A DNA stretch of 64,000 nucleotides, from positions 1 through 64,000 of the forward strand of contig NIVC01002641.1 in assembly GCA_002269645.1 (NCBI GenBank), given 5' to 3'. A program made the translations under genes and the position numbers. This stretch comes from Macrostomum lignano (Eukaryota). The notes beneath the pieces were generated by a model, which was not told the origin of the DNA, made no database searches, and saw nothing but the letters and a program-made list of their open reading frames with translations. This document shows, one piece after another, positions 1 to 12,467 of this stretch (positions are counted from its first letter, which is position 1; each line of letters begins with the position of its first letter).

Positions 1-67
1 CTGGTTGGGAAGCCCTGAGGTTTTTTATTTGATTAGCGATGGCTTTTAGCTTCAGTGATTGGAATGA

Positions 68-840
68 AGCTTCAGGTATTCAGGAGGAGCTTCAGGTATT
101 AAGGAGGAGCTTCAGGTATTAAGGAAGAAGCTTTAGGGATTTTGAGAAGCAGCTTCAGGGATCTGGAAAGCAGCTTCAGGGATTAGGGAAGCAGCTTTAG
201 GGATTAGGGAAGCAGCTTCAGGGATCTGGAAAGGAGCTTCATGGATCTTGGATGCAGGTTCAGGGATCTGGGATGCAACTTCAGGGATCTGGAAAGGAGC
301 TTCAGGGATCTGGGATGCAGCTTCAGGGATCTGGGATGCAGCTTCGGGGATTAGGGAAGCAGCTTCAGGGATTAGAAAAGCAGCTTCAGGGATTAGGGAA
401 GCAGCTTCAGGGATTAGAAAAGCAGCTTCAGGGATCTGGAAAGGAGCTTCATGGATCTTGGATGCAGCTTCAGGGATCTGGGAAGCAGCTTCAGGGATCT
501 GGGATGCAGCTTCAGGGATCTGGAATGCAGCTTCGGGATCTGGATGCAGCTTCGGGATCTGGGATGCAGCTTCGGGATCTGGAAGCAGCTTCGGGATCTG
601 GAAGCAGCTTCGGGATCTGGGATGCAGCTTCGGGGATCTGGAAGCAGCTTCGGGGATCTGGGATGCAGCTTCGGGGATCTGGGATGCAGCTTCGGGGATC
701 TGGGATGCAGCTTCAGGGATCTGGGAAGCAGCTTCAGGGATCTGGGATGCAGCTTCGGGGATCTGGGATGCAGCTTCGGGGATCTGGGATGCAGCTTCAA
801 GGATTTGGGTTGCAGCTTCAGGGATTAAGTATACAGCTTC
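68..840. repeat. 21-bp minisatellite (GCAGCTTCAGGGATCTGGGAT) filling a ZNFX1 intron
   Basis: Tandem units visible directly; ends about 20 nt from the donor site at 862. Confidence 0.95.
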
Positions 841-862
841 AGAATCAGCATTCATCACCAAC

Positions 863-2488
863 CTCATTAGCGTCCGTCACTTCCCGCCTAGGCGCCGGAG
901 TGGCATCCCGATGGCGCGGACAGACCAGCGCCAGGCGCGGGCCCAGACAGCCAACTTCAGTCATGGACTGGATGAGCCTGCGCCACAGCTGGTGCTCCTG
1001 GCAGCCGGCCAGACAGTCGGCATTGCCGAGGATGTACATCCCGCGGCGCGCGTGACTGAGCAACGCAACGACGGCTGAGGTCTTTGAGGAAGCCGAGGCG
1101 GCCCCGGTTCGAGCGGACCAGGGAGACTATGATGACGTCATTCTCGTCGCCTTGGTACAAATCCACCTGAGAGATGGGGTTTCGGTCTGGCAGATTAGTC
1201 CAATCTGCCTCTCCCAGTCCCAATCTACCCCACACTGCCCGTCCAATCTGCTCCATACTACCAGTCTAATCTACCACCACACTGCCAGTTCAATCTATCC
1301 CACACTGCCAGTCCAATCTATCCCACACTGCCAGTCCAATCTATCCCACACTGCCAGTCCAATCTATCCCACACTGCCAGTCCAATCTATCCACACTGCC
1401 AGTCCAATCTATCCCACACTGCCAGTCCAATCTATCCCACACTGCCAGTCCAATCTATCCCACACTGCCAGTCCAATCTATCCCACACTGCCAGTCCAAT
1501 CTATCCCACACTGTCAGTCCAATCTATCCCACACTGCCAGTCCAATCTATCCCACACTGCCAGTCCAATCTATCCCACACTGCCAGTCCAATCTATCCCA
1601 CACTGCCAGTCCAATCTATCCCACACTGCCAGTCCAATCTATCCCACACTGCCAGTCCAATCTATCCCACACTGCCAGTCCAATCTATCCCACACTGCCA
1701 GTTCAATCTATTCCACACTGCCAGTACAATCTATCCCACACTGCCAGTATCTACCCCACACTGCCAGTCCAATCTACCGCACACTCCCAGTAACAATCTG
1801 CCCCTCCCAGTCCCAATCTGCCCCGCACTGCCAGTCCCAATCTGCCCCGCACTGCCAGTCCAATCTGCCCCGCACTGCCAGTCCCAATCTGCCCCGCACT
1901 GCCAGTCCAATCTGCCCCGCACTGCCAGTCCCAATCTGCCCCGCACTGCCAGTCCAATCTGCCCCCACACTGCCAGTCCAATCTGCCCCACACTCCCAGT
2001 AACAATCTGCCCCTCCCAGTCCCAATCTGCCCCGCACTGCCAGTCCAATCTACCCCACCGTATGAACAGATATCGGCAGTTCAGGCCCGGCAGCGGAGGC
2101 GGCTGACGGTCCAGCTGGAGGCAGGATGCCCAGCAGCATCATGCGCTTCTTTAAGTACCGACGAATCAGAGCAGTCTGGCCCCTGTACATGGCAATGATG
2201 GTGATCTTGGCCGGCTCCACTCCTCCAACCGTGGCCAGGAAGCAGGCCAGCTGCACCGCTCGTTGAGCTTCTTCATCGTTTGTATAGCTGCGATCGCTGA
2301 TCTCTGGACAGCTGTGCGTCCAAAAGTACATTGACTTCTCTAGGCACAGGATCTGCTCGTGTTTGCTCACTACGGCTAAGTTGTCGCGCAGATTGGGATA
2401 GATATCCTTGAGTAGGCGGAGAACTCCGGTCGCATCCGGTTTTGCAACTCCAGCTGATCGTATGCGATGCCTGGAGTTTGATAGGGCA

Positions 2489-2531
<43 letters not shown>

Positions 2532-2540
2532 GTGATGATT

Positions 2541-2584
<44 letters not shown>

Positions 2585-2649
2585 AATAATGATGGTGATG
2601 ATGATGATGGTGATGATGATGATGATGATGATGATGATAATAATGATGG

Positions 2650-2683
<34 letters not shown>

Positions 2684-2690
2684 AATGATG

Positions 2691-2722
<32 letters not shown>

Positions 2723-5700
2723 GGTGATGATGATGATAATAATGATGGTGATGATGATGATGATAATGATGTGGATAATGATGGTGATGACGATAATGAT
2801 GTGGATGATGATGATAATGATGATGATAAAGATGATGATGATGATGATGATGATGGTGATTAGGTTGAGCAGATAATGGGTGATCTGGTATGATTAGGCA
2901 TGTTTTACTACGAGCTACAGTAAAACAAAGTTCGTCTCACTGACCATTGTTAATAAGTCTTTCAAACATGCTGACATCCAGATGATATTTAATCCGCAAC
3001 TCGTAGCTCTCAGTCTGCGGCCGAAGTTGCTTGTGATCACCGATGAGGATGAGATGCTGGGTGGAGTCGGTCAGGCAGGACAGTAGCTGGGGTTCGCCGA
3101 CTTCGGCGGCCTCTTCAACTAGAATGACGGCGGGTTTGACGGCGGTGAGCAGGTCTTTGTTGATGCTGGCACCCGTGATGGTCATGCCGACGATTCTTTT
3201 GGACTTGACGATCTCGGCGCAGTGGCGGCGTTGAAGTCGGCGACGGGTCTCGGACACCTGGAGAGAGTGAAGGGAAAGCGCTTTGACAAAATCGGTACTA
3301 TTCAATAGTTTCTAAGAAATTTTAGTCTTACAAATGGCAACTGCGTTCTTAGATATGTAAACCTACCTAATTCTGAGAAATGTCAACCCGATTTTTATAC
3401 ATGCTAACCTCATACTTACATGCAGAAGTGCCAACCTACATCATGAAAATGCAACTCTTTTCTTAGAAATATCAACTCTTGAGAAATGGTAACTCTTTTC
3501 TTAGAAATGCCAGCTCTTTTTGAGAAATTTCAACTCTTATTCTTAGAAATTTCCACCCTTATTCTTAGAAATGTCAACTCTTGTTTAAAATTTCAACTCT
3601 TGAGAAATGGCAAGTCTTTTCTTAGAAATGTCAACTCTTATTCTTAGAAATGTCTACCCTTATGCTTAGAAATGTCAACTCTTATTCTTAGAAATGTCTA
3701 CCCTTATGCTTAGAAATGTCAACTCTTATTCTTAGAAATGTCCACCCTTATTCTTAGAAATGTCAACTCTTATTCTTAGAAATGTCAACTCTTATTCTTA
3801 GAAATGTCCACCCTTATTCTTAGAAATTTCAACTATTTTTCTTAGAAATGTCCACCCTTATTCTTCGAAAAGTCAATTGTACTCTTAGAAATATCAACTT
3901 ATTTTTTAGAAACGTAAACTCCATTTTTCGAAATGCAACTCCATCCCTTAAAATGTCAATTCCATTCCTAGAAATGTCAATTCCATTCCTAGAAATGTCA
4001 ATTCCATTCCTAGAAATGTCAATTCCATTCCTAGAAATGTCAATTCCATTCCTAGAAATGTCAATTCCATTCCTAGAAATGTCAATTCCATTCCTAGAAA
4101 TGTGTACGCTAACGTTAGAAGTTGCAACTGATTTATTCGAAATGCAGCTGCTCAATTTTAAAACCTGGATTTTACTGCAAACAATTATTGACCTTACCTG
4201 CAGATAGTCGGCCAGCTGCGTCTCCACCTGAGCCATCGAGCCGGTGACCTTCTCCTGTAGCCAGTAGTGCAACAGGTCGCACCTCTCGCCGATGTCCAAA
4301 CGCCACAGATCGCTTCGCAGAGCGGCTAGTCGTCCAGTCTGAGATGAAGCCTCCAGCATCAGGCCGCCAGCTGTCAGGCCGTCTTGCTGACCAAATTTCA
4401 CTACAACGTCGGTGGTTCGCTTCTTGCCTAGCTGGAACATGAAAGCGCTCTGACGCTGTTGCATAGCGAACTCAGCTGCTTCAGTGTCTTCATCATCAAC
4501 TGGATCGTCTGTAGGCTGCTGCTGCTGCTGCTTCTGTTGTTGTTGTTTGTTGCTTTTAGCTTTGCCACTAAGAACCTGGCCGAAGCGTTGTTCAAAATTT
4601 GCCAGAACCCGAGCGATGTGAGATTCGACAGATTCAGCGCCTGCAGAGTTTGACGAGGCCGCCGCGGTGGCCGCGTGCTGCCGACGCTCCTCCTTGTTGG
4701 GGAGCCAGCAGGCCACGGCGGTGTGAACGGCCTGACGCACTAGCGGGATATCCAGCCAGGCGGCAAGAGCTTCGGGATCCTCGATTGGCTTGCGGAGGTT
4801 TTTCCATTCTGATGGGTGAGTTGGCGGGTGAGTGGGTGATTGAGTGAGTGAGTGAGTGGATGGATGAGTGGGTGAGTGAATGAGTGAGTGGATGGATGAG
4901 TGGGTGAGTGAATGAGTGAGTGGATGGATGAGTTGGTGAGTGAATGAGTGAGTGGATGGATGAGTTGGTGAGTGAATGAGGGAGTGGATGGATGAGTTGG
5001 TGAGTGAATGAGTGAGTGGATGGATGAGTTGGTGAGTGAATGAGTGAGTGGATGGATGAGTTGGTGAGTGAATGAGTGAGTGGATGGATGAGTTGGTGAG
5101 TGAATGAGTGAGTGGATGGATGAGTGGGTGAGTGAATGAGTGGATGGATGAGTGGGTGAGTAAGTGAGTGAGTGGATGGATGAGTGGGTGAGTAAGTGAG
5201 TGAATGAGTGAGTGAGTGAGTGAGTGAGTGAGTGGGTGAGTGAGTGGGTGAGTGAGTGAGTGAGTGAGTGAGTGAGTGAGTGAGTGGGTGAGTGGGTGTG
5301 AGTGTGGGGTGAGTGAGTGCGAGCGAGCAGGTTGGTTGGTTCGAACGTATGAATGTACTTATTACAGTTTTGTCGCCTTGGTAACTTTTCGGGTGTTAAA
5401 GCATCTGTCTCAATTCTAAGGGTATCTTGGCGTCCTATTAAAAAAGAATGAATAAAGGTATGAAAATGAATTAGCTAATTACACATAGCAAATAGCAGCC
5501 TCACCAGCAATAGCTTCTTGTCGCAGTTTTTGCTGATGCAGCACGCTGGGCCTCCAGTTAACCAACAGAGTCCGCAGCTGGGCGCGAGTGGCCGCCTCCT
5601 GCACCAGGACGCCAGGCTCAGACAGCAGTCTGCTGACGTGATTCAGCCGCGCCTTCAGCTGAGCCTGCCTCTGCCCGGCGTCTTCGTAGACGCTGTAAAA

Positions 5701-8700
5701 CTCGTGATTAAGCGCTTTAGATTTCGGATGTTTGACCTTGTCTTTGCGCAGTATGTTCAACGACACCTTCTCCAGCTCGGCGTTGCTGCACCGACCGCCA
5801 ACCCGCACAACTTTGTCTTCCATGCCGGGCAGGGCCATGAGGTCCATGAGAAACTCGTCCAGCGCGTGGTTCTTGTAGGACATGACTAGCACGGGACCGT
5901 GGGGCAGGGTTGGCAGCGCCAATATCTGGCGAATCAATAGTACACCTAGGAAACTTTTGCCGGTGCCTGGAGGGCCCTGGATTAAGGCCACTTTATGGTG
6001 CAAAGCGTTGGTTAGAGCTTCCTTCTGACACGGATCCAGGGTGATGGAGCCAGTGGATATCGTTGGCAGAGGCGGCTCGCCAAGTCTGGTGTAAACAAAA
6101 TTAGGTCTCGGGTTCGATTCCTACGTCCTATTTGATTTGCACTATTCATTTCATTCATCACAATCCGCCCCTCCATCACAATCCACCCCTCCATCACAAT
6201 ACACCCTCTCATCACAATCCGCCCCTCCATCACAATACACCCTCTCATCACAATCCGCCCCTCCATCACAATCCACCCCTCCATCACAATACACCCTCTC
6301 ATCACAATCCGCCCCTCCATCACAATCCACCCCTCCATCACAATACACCCTCTCATCACAATCCGCCCCTCCATCACAATCCACCCTCTCATCACAATCC
6401 GCCAACATCCGCCCCATCAGAATCCGCCAACATCCGCCCCCATCAGAATCCGTCAACATCCGCCCCCATCAGAATCCGCCAACATCCGCCCCCATCAGAA
6501 TCCGCCAACATCCGCCCCTATCAAAATCCGCCAACATCCGCCCCTATCAGAATCCGCCAACATCCGCCCCCATCAAAATCCGCCAACATCCGCCCCCATC
6601 AAAATCCGCCAACATCCGCCCCATCAGAATCCGCCAACATCCACCCCCATCAGAATCCACTAACATCCGCCCCCATCAGAATCCGCCAACATCCGCCCCC
6701 ATCAAAATCCGCCAACATCCGCCCCCATCAGAATTCGCCAACATCGGCCCCCATCAGAATCCGCCCCAGTCACAATCCGCCAACATCCGCCCCCATCAAA
6801 ATCCGCCAACATCCGCCCCCATCAGAATTCGCCAACATCGGCCCCCATCAGAATCCGCCAACATCCGCCCCATCAGAATCCGCCAACATCCGCCCCCATC
6901 CGCAACCCACGAACAGCACAGAAAGTGCTATGTCCAACAGGAAACCAACCCATAGTATTCCTGGATGTACTGCGGCCTCTCGCTCGCCTCGCTCATGTCG
7001 GCGTCGACCAACACGGAGCGAAACGGCGGCAGTTGTCGTCGCCTTGAAATTGTTGTAGCGCTCAAGCCGGCGCCGCACGCCTGCAAACTGCGCAGCACTG
7101 GTTCGAAAGCGCGAAACAGAGACGGCGACTCGGCCATCAGGGTGGTGCCGGCAGGGGTTGCGCCGACCAGGGCCTGCAGAGCCGAGGTGTCCGTCAGGTT
7201 GCCGCTGACACCTGCGTGATTGTTTTGTAACTAATCTGGTCACTGATTCTGACAATAGTCTTGTCACTGATTCTGACTAATGTTGTCACTAAATATGTCG
7301 ATGAATTTGACGCTAAATTTGTCGATTTTTTTGTCGCTAAATTTATCGATGTTTTTGTCGCTAAATATGTCAAAGAGGTTGTCGCTAAATATGTCGATAA
7401 AGTTGTCACTAAATATGTCGATGAGGTTGTCGCTAAACATGTCGATAAGGTTGTCGCTAAATATGTCGATAAGGTTGTCGCTAAATATGTCGATAAGGTT
7501 GTCGCTAAATATGTCGATAAGGTTGTCGCTAAATATATCTGCGGCAAATTTAACCGCAAATTGTCCTCACCAGCTCCACCGCAGCCCAGCTCCAGCCACA
7601 CCACCGAGTGCTTCTCCAATTCGTCGATATTTCTATCGCAAACTGTCGCCCAGATCAGCGGGCACCGACCGCCTTCAGGATCGAATCGACCGTTGGTTGA
7701 CAGACAAACCAGATTGCCCTGCATCAGCCGGCTAGACTTTCGCCAATTCGTCATCATACTTGACCGATTGCCGCCTCCAAGATTGTTGAGCTCGGTAAAT
7801 TGCACAGCCACTGACAGAGGGCAGCCGTGCATGCTCAAACGGACGGCCCAGACTCGAACCCGGCCGTACAGGGGCATGTCGCGGGGGTCGAGTTTACCAG
7901 CTCGATAGTCCGCTATGCCGGAGACAATCTTTTCGAAACAGTCGGCTCGGTAGAGTCTGGAGATAAGATTTTGAAATCTCACCCCTGAGACTGAGTGTGG
8001 ATTTTTAAATCACATCCCTGAGACTGATTGTGAATTTTGAAATCTCACCCCTAAGACTGAATATCGATTTTGAAATCTAATCTCTAAGACTGATTGTGGA
8101 TTTTAAAATCTCAGCCCAGAGACTGACTGTGGATTTTGAAATCTCACCCGAGACTGAGTGACAGTGAGTGTGGATTTCGAAATCTCACCCCTGAGACTGA
8201 CTGTCGATTTTGAAATCTCATCCCTAAGAATGATTATCGATTTTGAAATCTCATCTCTAAGACTGATTGTGGATTTTAAAATCTCACCCCAGAGACTGAC
8301 TGTGGATTTAGAAATCTCACCCGAGACTGAGTGTGGATTTTGAAATCTCACCCGAGACTGAGTGTGGATTTTGAAATCTCACCCCTAAGACTGATTATCG
8401 ATGTTGAAATCTCACCCCAGAGACTGACTGTGGATTTAGAAATCTCACCCGAGACTGAGTGTGGATTTTGAAATCTCACCCCTAAGACTGATTGTGAATT
8501 TTGAAATCTCACCCCTGAGACTGACTGTCGATTTTGAAATCTCACCCCTAAGACTGATTATCGATTTTGAAATCTCATCTCTAAGACTGATTGTGGATTT
8601 TAAAATCTCACCCCAGAGACTGACTGTGGATTTAGAAATCTCACCCGAGACTGAGTGTGGATTTTGAAATCTCACCCCTAAGACTGACTATCGATTTTGA

Positions 8701-11700
8701 AATCTCACCCCTAAGACTGATTGTGGATTTTGAAATCTCACCCCTGAGACTGACTGTCGATTTTGAAATCTCACCCCTAAGACTGATTGTGAATTTTGAA
8801 ATCTCACCCCTGAGACTGACTGTCGATTTTGAAATCTCACCCCTAAGACTGATTATCGATTTTGAAATCTCATCTCTAAGACTGATTGTTGAATTTAAAA
8901 TCTCACCCCTAAGACTAATTTATCGATTTTGAAATCTCATTTCTGAGACTGATTGTGAATTTTGAAATCTCAACCCTGAGACTCACTATATATTTTGAAA
9001 TTTCAACCCTGAGAATCACTATATATTTTGAAATCTCAACCCTGAGACTCACTATATATTTTGAAATCTCACCCATGAGAGGAAAACGAGTTGCACAAAA
9101 ATCTCATCCATGAGATTAGATCAAAAAGCAAAATCTCATTCGTGAGTTGATGAAGCACACAATCACTCACCTGAAATAAGTATCATAATAATGATCGGCA
9201 TTCCTATACGGCCCCTTAACAACCACGGGTTCCAGACCGCGCAGGTAGCCAGACTCTTTCAACAGTTCGTCGTCGCTCGGCACCGGCTGCAGTTCCAACC
9301 AGGCGCCTTCGCGGTCTCGCTGACCGCCTTGCTCGTCGTCCTCGTCTCGCAGATCCTCATCGTCGAGGCCAAGATCCGGCAGCCGGCTGCCCATCTGTCG
9401 GCGAAGCAGGCCCAGCAGTAGACTGGAAATTCCTTGCTCGTCCTTGTCGTTATTGTCGTCAGGGTCGTTCGACGCTTTCTTAGAATTCTTAGAAACAGGC
9501 TTCGACAGGGACGGGGCTGCGCTGGCGAAGGCCGCTGCGGCAACCACGTGAGCCAGCTGGGGCAAGTAGGCCGCCGTTCTGCGCTGGTCGCTGGTGCACA
9601 GGCCGACGAAAGCGCCGATGCTCTCAACGGCGTTGGGAAGTCGACGGTACTGGGCAATTTGGAACAATTGTACGAGAAAGGAAACTTCAGTCCATTAGCA
9701 ACTTTGGGGCAGAGCAGCCTTGCGGTGTGCACTTTTTAAGCGCCATCTGACAACCCCAAAGTCAAGCGCTTTTTAAGCGCCATCTGACAACACAATATTC
9801 GACGCTTTTAAGCGCCATCTGACAACACAAGATTCGACGCTTTTAAGCGCCATCTGACAACACAAGATTCGACGCTTTTAAGCGCCATCTGACAACACAA
9901 GATTCGACGCTTTTCAAGCGCCATCTGACAACTCCAAAGTCAAGCGCTTTTCAAGCGCCATCTGACAACCCCGGATTTAGCGCTTTTTAAGGCGCCATCT
10001 GACAACCCCAGTCAAACGCTATTTAAGCGCCACCCGACAATCCTTATTCGGCGCTTTTTAGGCGCCATCTGTCGAACCAGAATTTAGCGCTTTTAGGCGC
10101 CATCTGACAACTCGAATTCTCGAAGTTAAAACTACCTACTCAAAGTAGTTAAATTAAATCAAGCACTCAATTACTAAGGCAAGCTTAATTCTAAACTAAC
10201 CAATGCTTTTCGCAGAGCAGACAGAAAGTAATTCTTTCCAATAAATACTTCGCCACCGCGATGGCGCTCCTGCTGCTGGTGCTGGTATCGACTGGGATGA
10301 AACTGCCACAGCTGCATCTGCTGCTGCTGCTCAGATGGCAACTGAGGCAGCAGCTGGGTCAGGCAGGCTCCAATGCAGGCAGAGAACTGAGCCATGGCTC
10401 CGCTAGATAGCTCGGGCAGCAGGGAGCAGAGTCTCAATCCGACCTCTGGGCTCAGCTCGTGACAGCCAATCAGCGAGCGCCAGATTTGCTTGGCTCGCAG
10501 AGAGCCAATCAGCGCTTCGAAATCTTTGTCGGCTTCTTCGGCCGAGTTCGACGCGATTTCTGCATGGAGCATGGGGAGAATTCTTTGGGAGATCTAACCA
10601 AAGTGGGAGATTTGTATATCGGAAACCTCATTGGGGATTAATATATGGGAAATCTCATAGGGGAGATTTCTATGGGAAATCTTATGGGGAGATGTATATA
10701 TGATATCCTATTGGGGAGATTTCTATCGGAAATCTTACGGGGGAGATTTGCTTATAGGAAATCTCATGAGGGAGACTTCTATCGGAAATCTTACGGGGGA
10801 GATTTGCTTATAGGAAATCTCATGAGGGAGACTTCTATCGGAAATCTTACGGGGGAGATCTGCTTATAGGAAATCTCATAAGGGAGACTTCTATCGGAAA
10901 TCTTACGGGGGAGATCTGCTTATAGGAAATCTCATGAGGGAGACTTCTATCGGAAATCTTACGGGGGAGATCTGCTTATAGGAAATCTCATGAGGGAGAC
11001 TTCTATCGGAAATCTTACGGGGGAGATTTGCTTGTAGAAAATCTCATGAGGGAGATTTCTATCAGAAATCTTACGGGGGAGATTTGCTTATAAGTAATCT
11101 CATGAGGGAGATTTCTATATGAGAAATCATTGGGAGGGGGTTTAAATATGGAAAATCTCATGAGAGAACTACATATGGGAATCTCAAGAGGAAGATTTGT
11201 ATAGGAAATCTCTTGGAGACATTAAAACAGGCACAAACCTGCTTCTTCTCCTTCAAGCTGAGGCTTCACTCTTCTTCGCCACAAATTCAGCAGCCAGTCA
11301 ATGTGCTGCAGCCAATCAGAATTGCTTCTGGGAGCTAATTCTAACAAAGAAGGTCGCATTGCTCGATAAGTATTGTTGTCATGGGCGTCTTGCTCGTCCT
11401 CAACCAAACGAAAGCTGAGCAAGTCGCCCTCTTTAGCAGCTAGTCCTCCTAGTCCTCGAACTTCGGACCACAGGAAGTAGGCAGACTTTGGAGTGTCCTA
11501 AATTGTATATAAGGTTAATGAGTTTTGTTGCGATTAATTCGGCATAACTGACAATGCTTGATATGGTTGCTAAGATGTTTGAGATGGCTGCTAAGCTGCT
11601 TGAGATGTGTTGCTAAGGTGCTCGAGAATTGCTTGATATGGTTGCTAAGCTGCTTGAGACTGTTGCTAAGGTATTTGAGACTGTTTCTAAGCTGCTCGAT

Positions 11701-12467
11701 ATTGTTGCTAAGGTGTTTTACAGACTTTCTAAGGTGTTTTAAATTGTTGCTATGGTGCTCGAGATTTGCTTGAGATTGTTGCTAAGGTGTTTGAGATGGT
11801 TAATAAGCTGCTTGAGATTGTTGCTAAGCTGTTTGAAATAGTTGCAAAGCTGCTTGAGATTGTTACTATGGTGCTTGAGATTAGCTTGAGACTGTTGCTA
11901 AGGTGTTTGAGATGGTTGCTAAGGTGCTCGAGATGGTTGCTAAGGTGCTGACTGCTGCTAAGGTGAACTAAGTTAACAAGGGTGCTAAGGTTAACAACTG
12001 AAATTTTTGCTAAGGTGTTTAGGATAATTGCTAAGCTGCTTTTGGTTCTGGAGGATTAATCAAGTGCCATCGAAGAGAAGGTCATAAAAATAGAGCTAGT
12101 ATTTACTAACACCTACTTGTTCAGGAGCATTTCCAGCTATCAAAGGGTCTTCGGAATCGGAATCTTCAACAACAAGAGCTGCCTCCTCTGCAACTCCTGT
12201 TTCTGTTCCATCTGGAGATGCCAAGCCTGCAGTGCCTACAGCCTGTGAAACACTGGGCCGAACTGGGAAGCCTAGCAACTCCACTCGTCCACTGCGATTA
12301 TCAAAATCTGATTCCAAAACTCGGCCCTTAAATCGATGAAGACGCTGACTGTGGAGGCGTTCAGCTTCAGCTGCCGCAGCCTCTGCTGCAATCAACTCAT
12401 TCTCCACCTTAGCTTTGGCCTGGTCCTCAGCAGCTGCAGCTGCATGTACTCTTATAAGTCTTCTCAT
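863..12467 (-). CDS. ZNFX1: ZNFX1-like (NFX1-type zinc finger-containing protein 1) Upf1-family SF1 RNA helicase; multi-exon, 3' end continues beyond the window start; carries 2 frameshifts and 1 in-frame stop in this sequence
   Basis: Exons joined by GT-AG sites with matching phase: 12467-12117, 11497-11239, 10559-10201, 9718-9171, 7956-7571, 7211-6950, 6085-5505, 4808-4198, 3257-2945, 2470-2059, 1166-863. Motifs: YFR/LYRADCF, GPPGTGKS (I), MSYKNHALDEF (Ia), VEEAAEV (II), LIGDHKQLRP (III), SMFERL, QNRMRPEF, TVDLYQGDENDVIIVSLVRSN (V), RRCVAQSRARRGMYILGN (VI), then CPRH at the start of the Cys/His-rich region. The start ATG at 12467 is tentative. Confidence 0.85.
1185..2058. repeat. ~23-bp minisatellite (CCCACACTGCCAGTCCAATCTAT) filling intron 1167-2058
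   Basis: Tandem units; the first unit on the sense strand begins at the GT donor itself. Confidence 0.95.
2490..2860. repeat. (GAT)n microsatellite in intron 2471-2944
   Basis: Long GAT/AAT/GGT triplet run; source of the poly-D and poly-M ORFs. Confidence 0.97.
3440..4100. repeat. 21-22-bp minisatellite (TTCTTAGAAATGTCAACTCTTA grading into TTCCTAGAAATGTCAATTCCA)
   Basis: Two related unit variants in intron 3258-4197. Confidence 0.9.
4815..5330. repeat. (GAGT)n/(GGAT)n compound microsatellite
   Basis: Higher-order ~32-bp periodicity of tetramers in intron 4809-5504. Confidence 0.95.
6155..6905. repeat. C-rich minisatellite: 18-bp ATCACAATCCGCCCCTCC units then ~26-bp ATCAGAATCCGCCAACATCCGCCCCC units
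   Basis: Tandem units in intron 6086-6949. Confidence 0.93.
7275..7540. repeat. 24-bp minisatellite (GTTGTCGCTAAATATGTCGATAAG)
   Basis: Tandem units in intron 7212-7570. Confidence 0.93.
7965..9075. repeat. ~33-34-bp minisatellite (GATTTTGAAATCTCACCCCTAAGACTGATTGTG)
   Basis: About 30 degenerate units in intron 7957-9170. Confidence 0.93.
9735..10110. repeat. ~35-bp minisatellite (TTTTAAGCGCCATCTGACAACACAAGATTCGACGC)
   Basis: Tandem units in intron 9719-10200. Confidence 0.9.
10580..11215. repeat. 56-bp dimeric minisatellite (GGGAGACTTCTATCGGAAATCTTACG / GGGGAGATTTGCTTATAGGAAATCTCATGA)
   Basis: Period 56 measured between GATTTGCTTA copies at 10745 and 10801; intron 10560-11238. Confidence 0.9.
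11555..11975. repeat. ~21-bp degenerate minisatellite (TTGCTAAGGTGTTTGAGAT-type)
   Basis: Tandem units in intron 11498-12116. Confidence 0.85.

Noticed and set aside
133-1078. Long ORFs such as IPEAASQ-repeat and DAASGIW-repeat proteins
   Set aside because: Open in several frames on both strands because a 21-bp unit lacks stops; lies inside a GT-AG intron of ZNFX1
2408-2876. Poly-Asp and poly-Met ORFs
   Set aside because: Translation of an intronic (GAT)n microsatellite
6105-6125. GGGTTCGATTCC B-box as a tRNA gene
   Set aside because: No A box or cloverleaf could be built; at most a SINE relic in an intron
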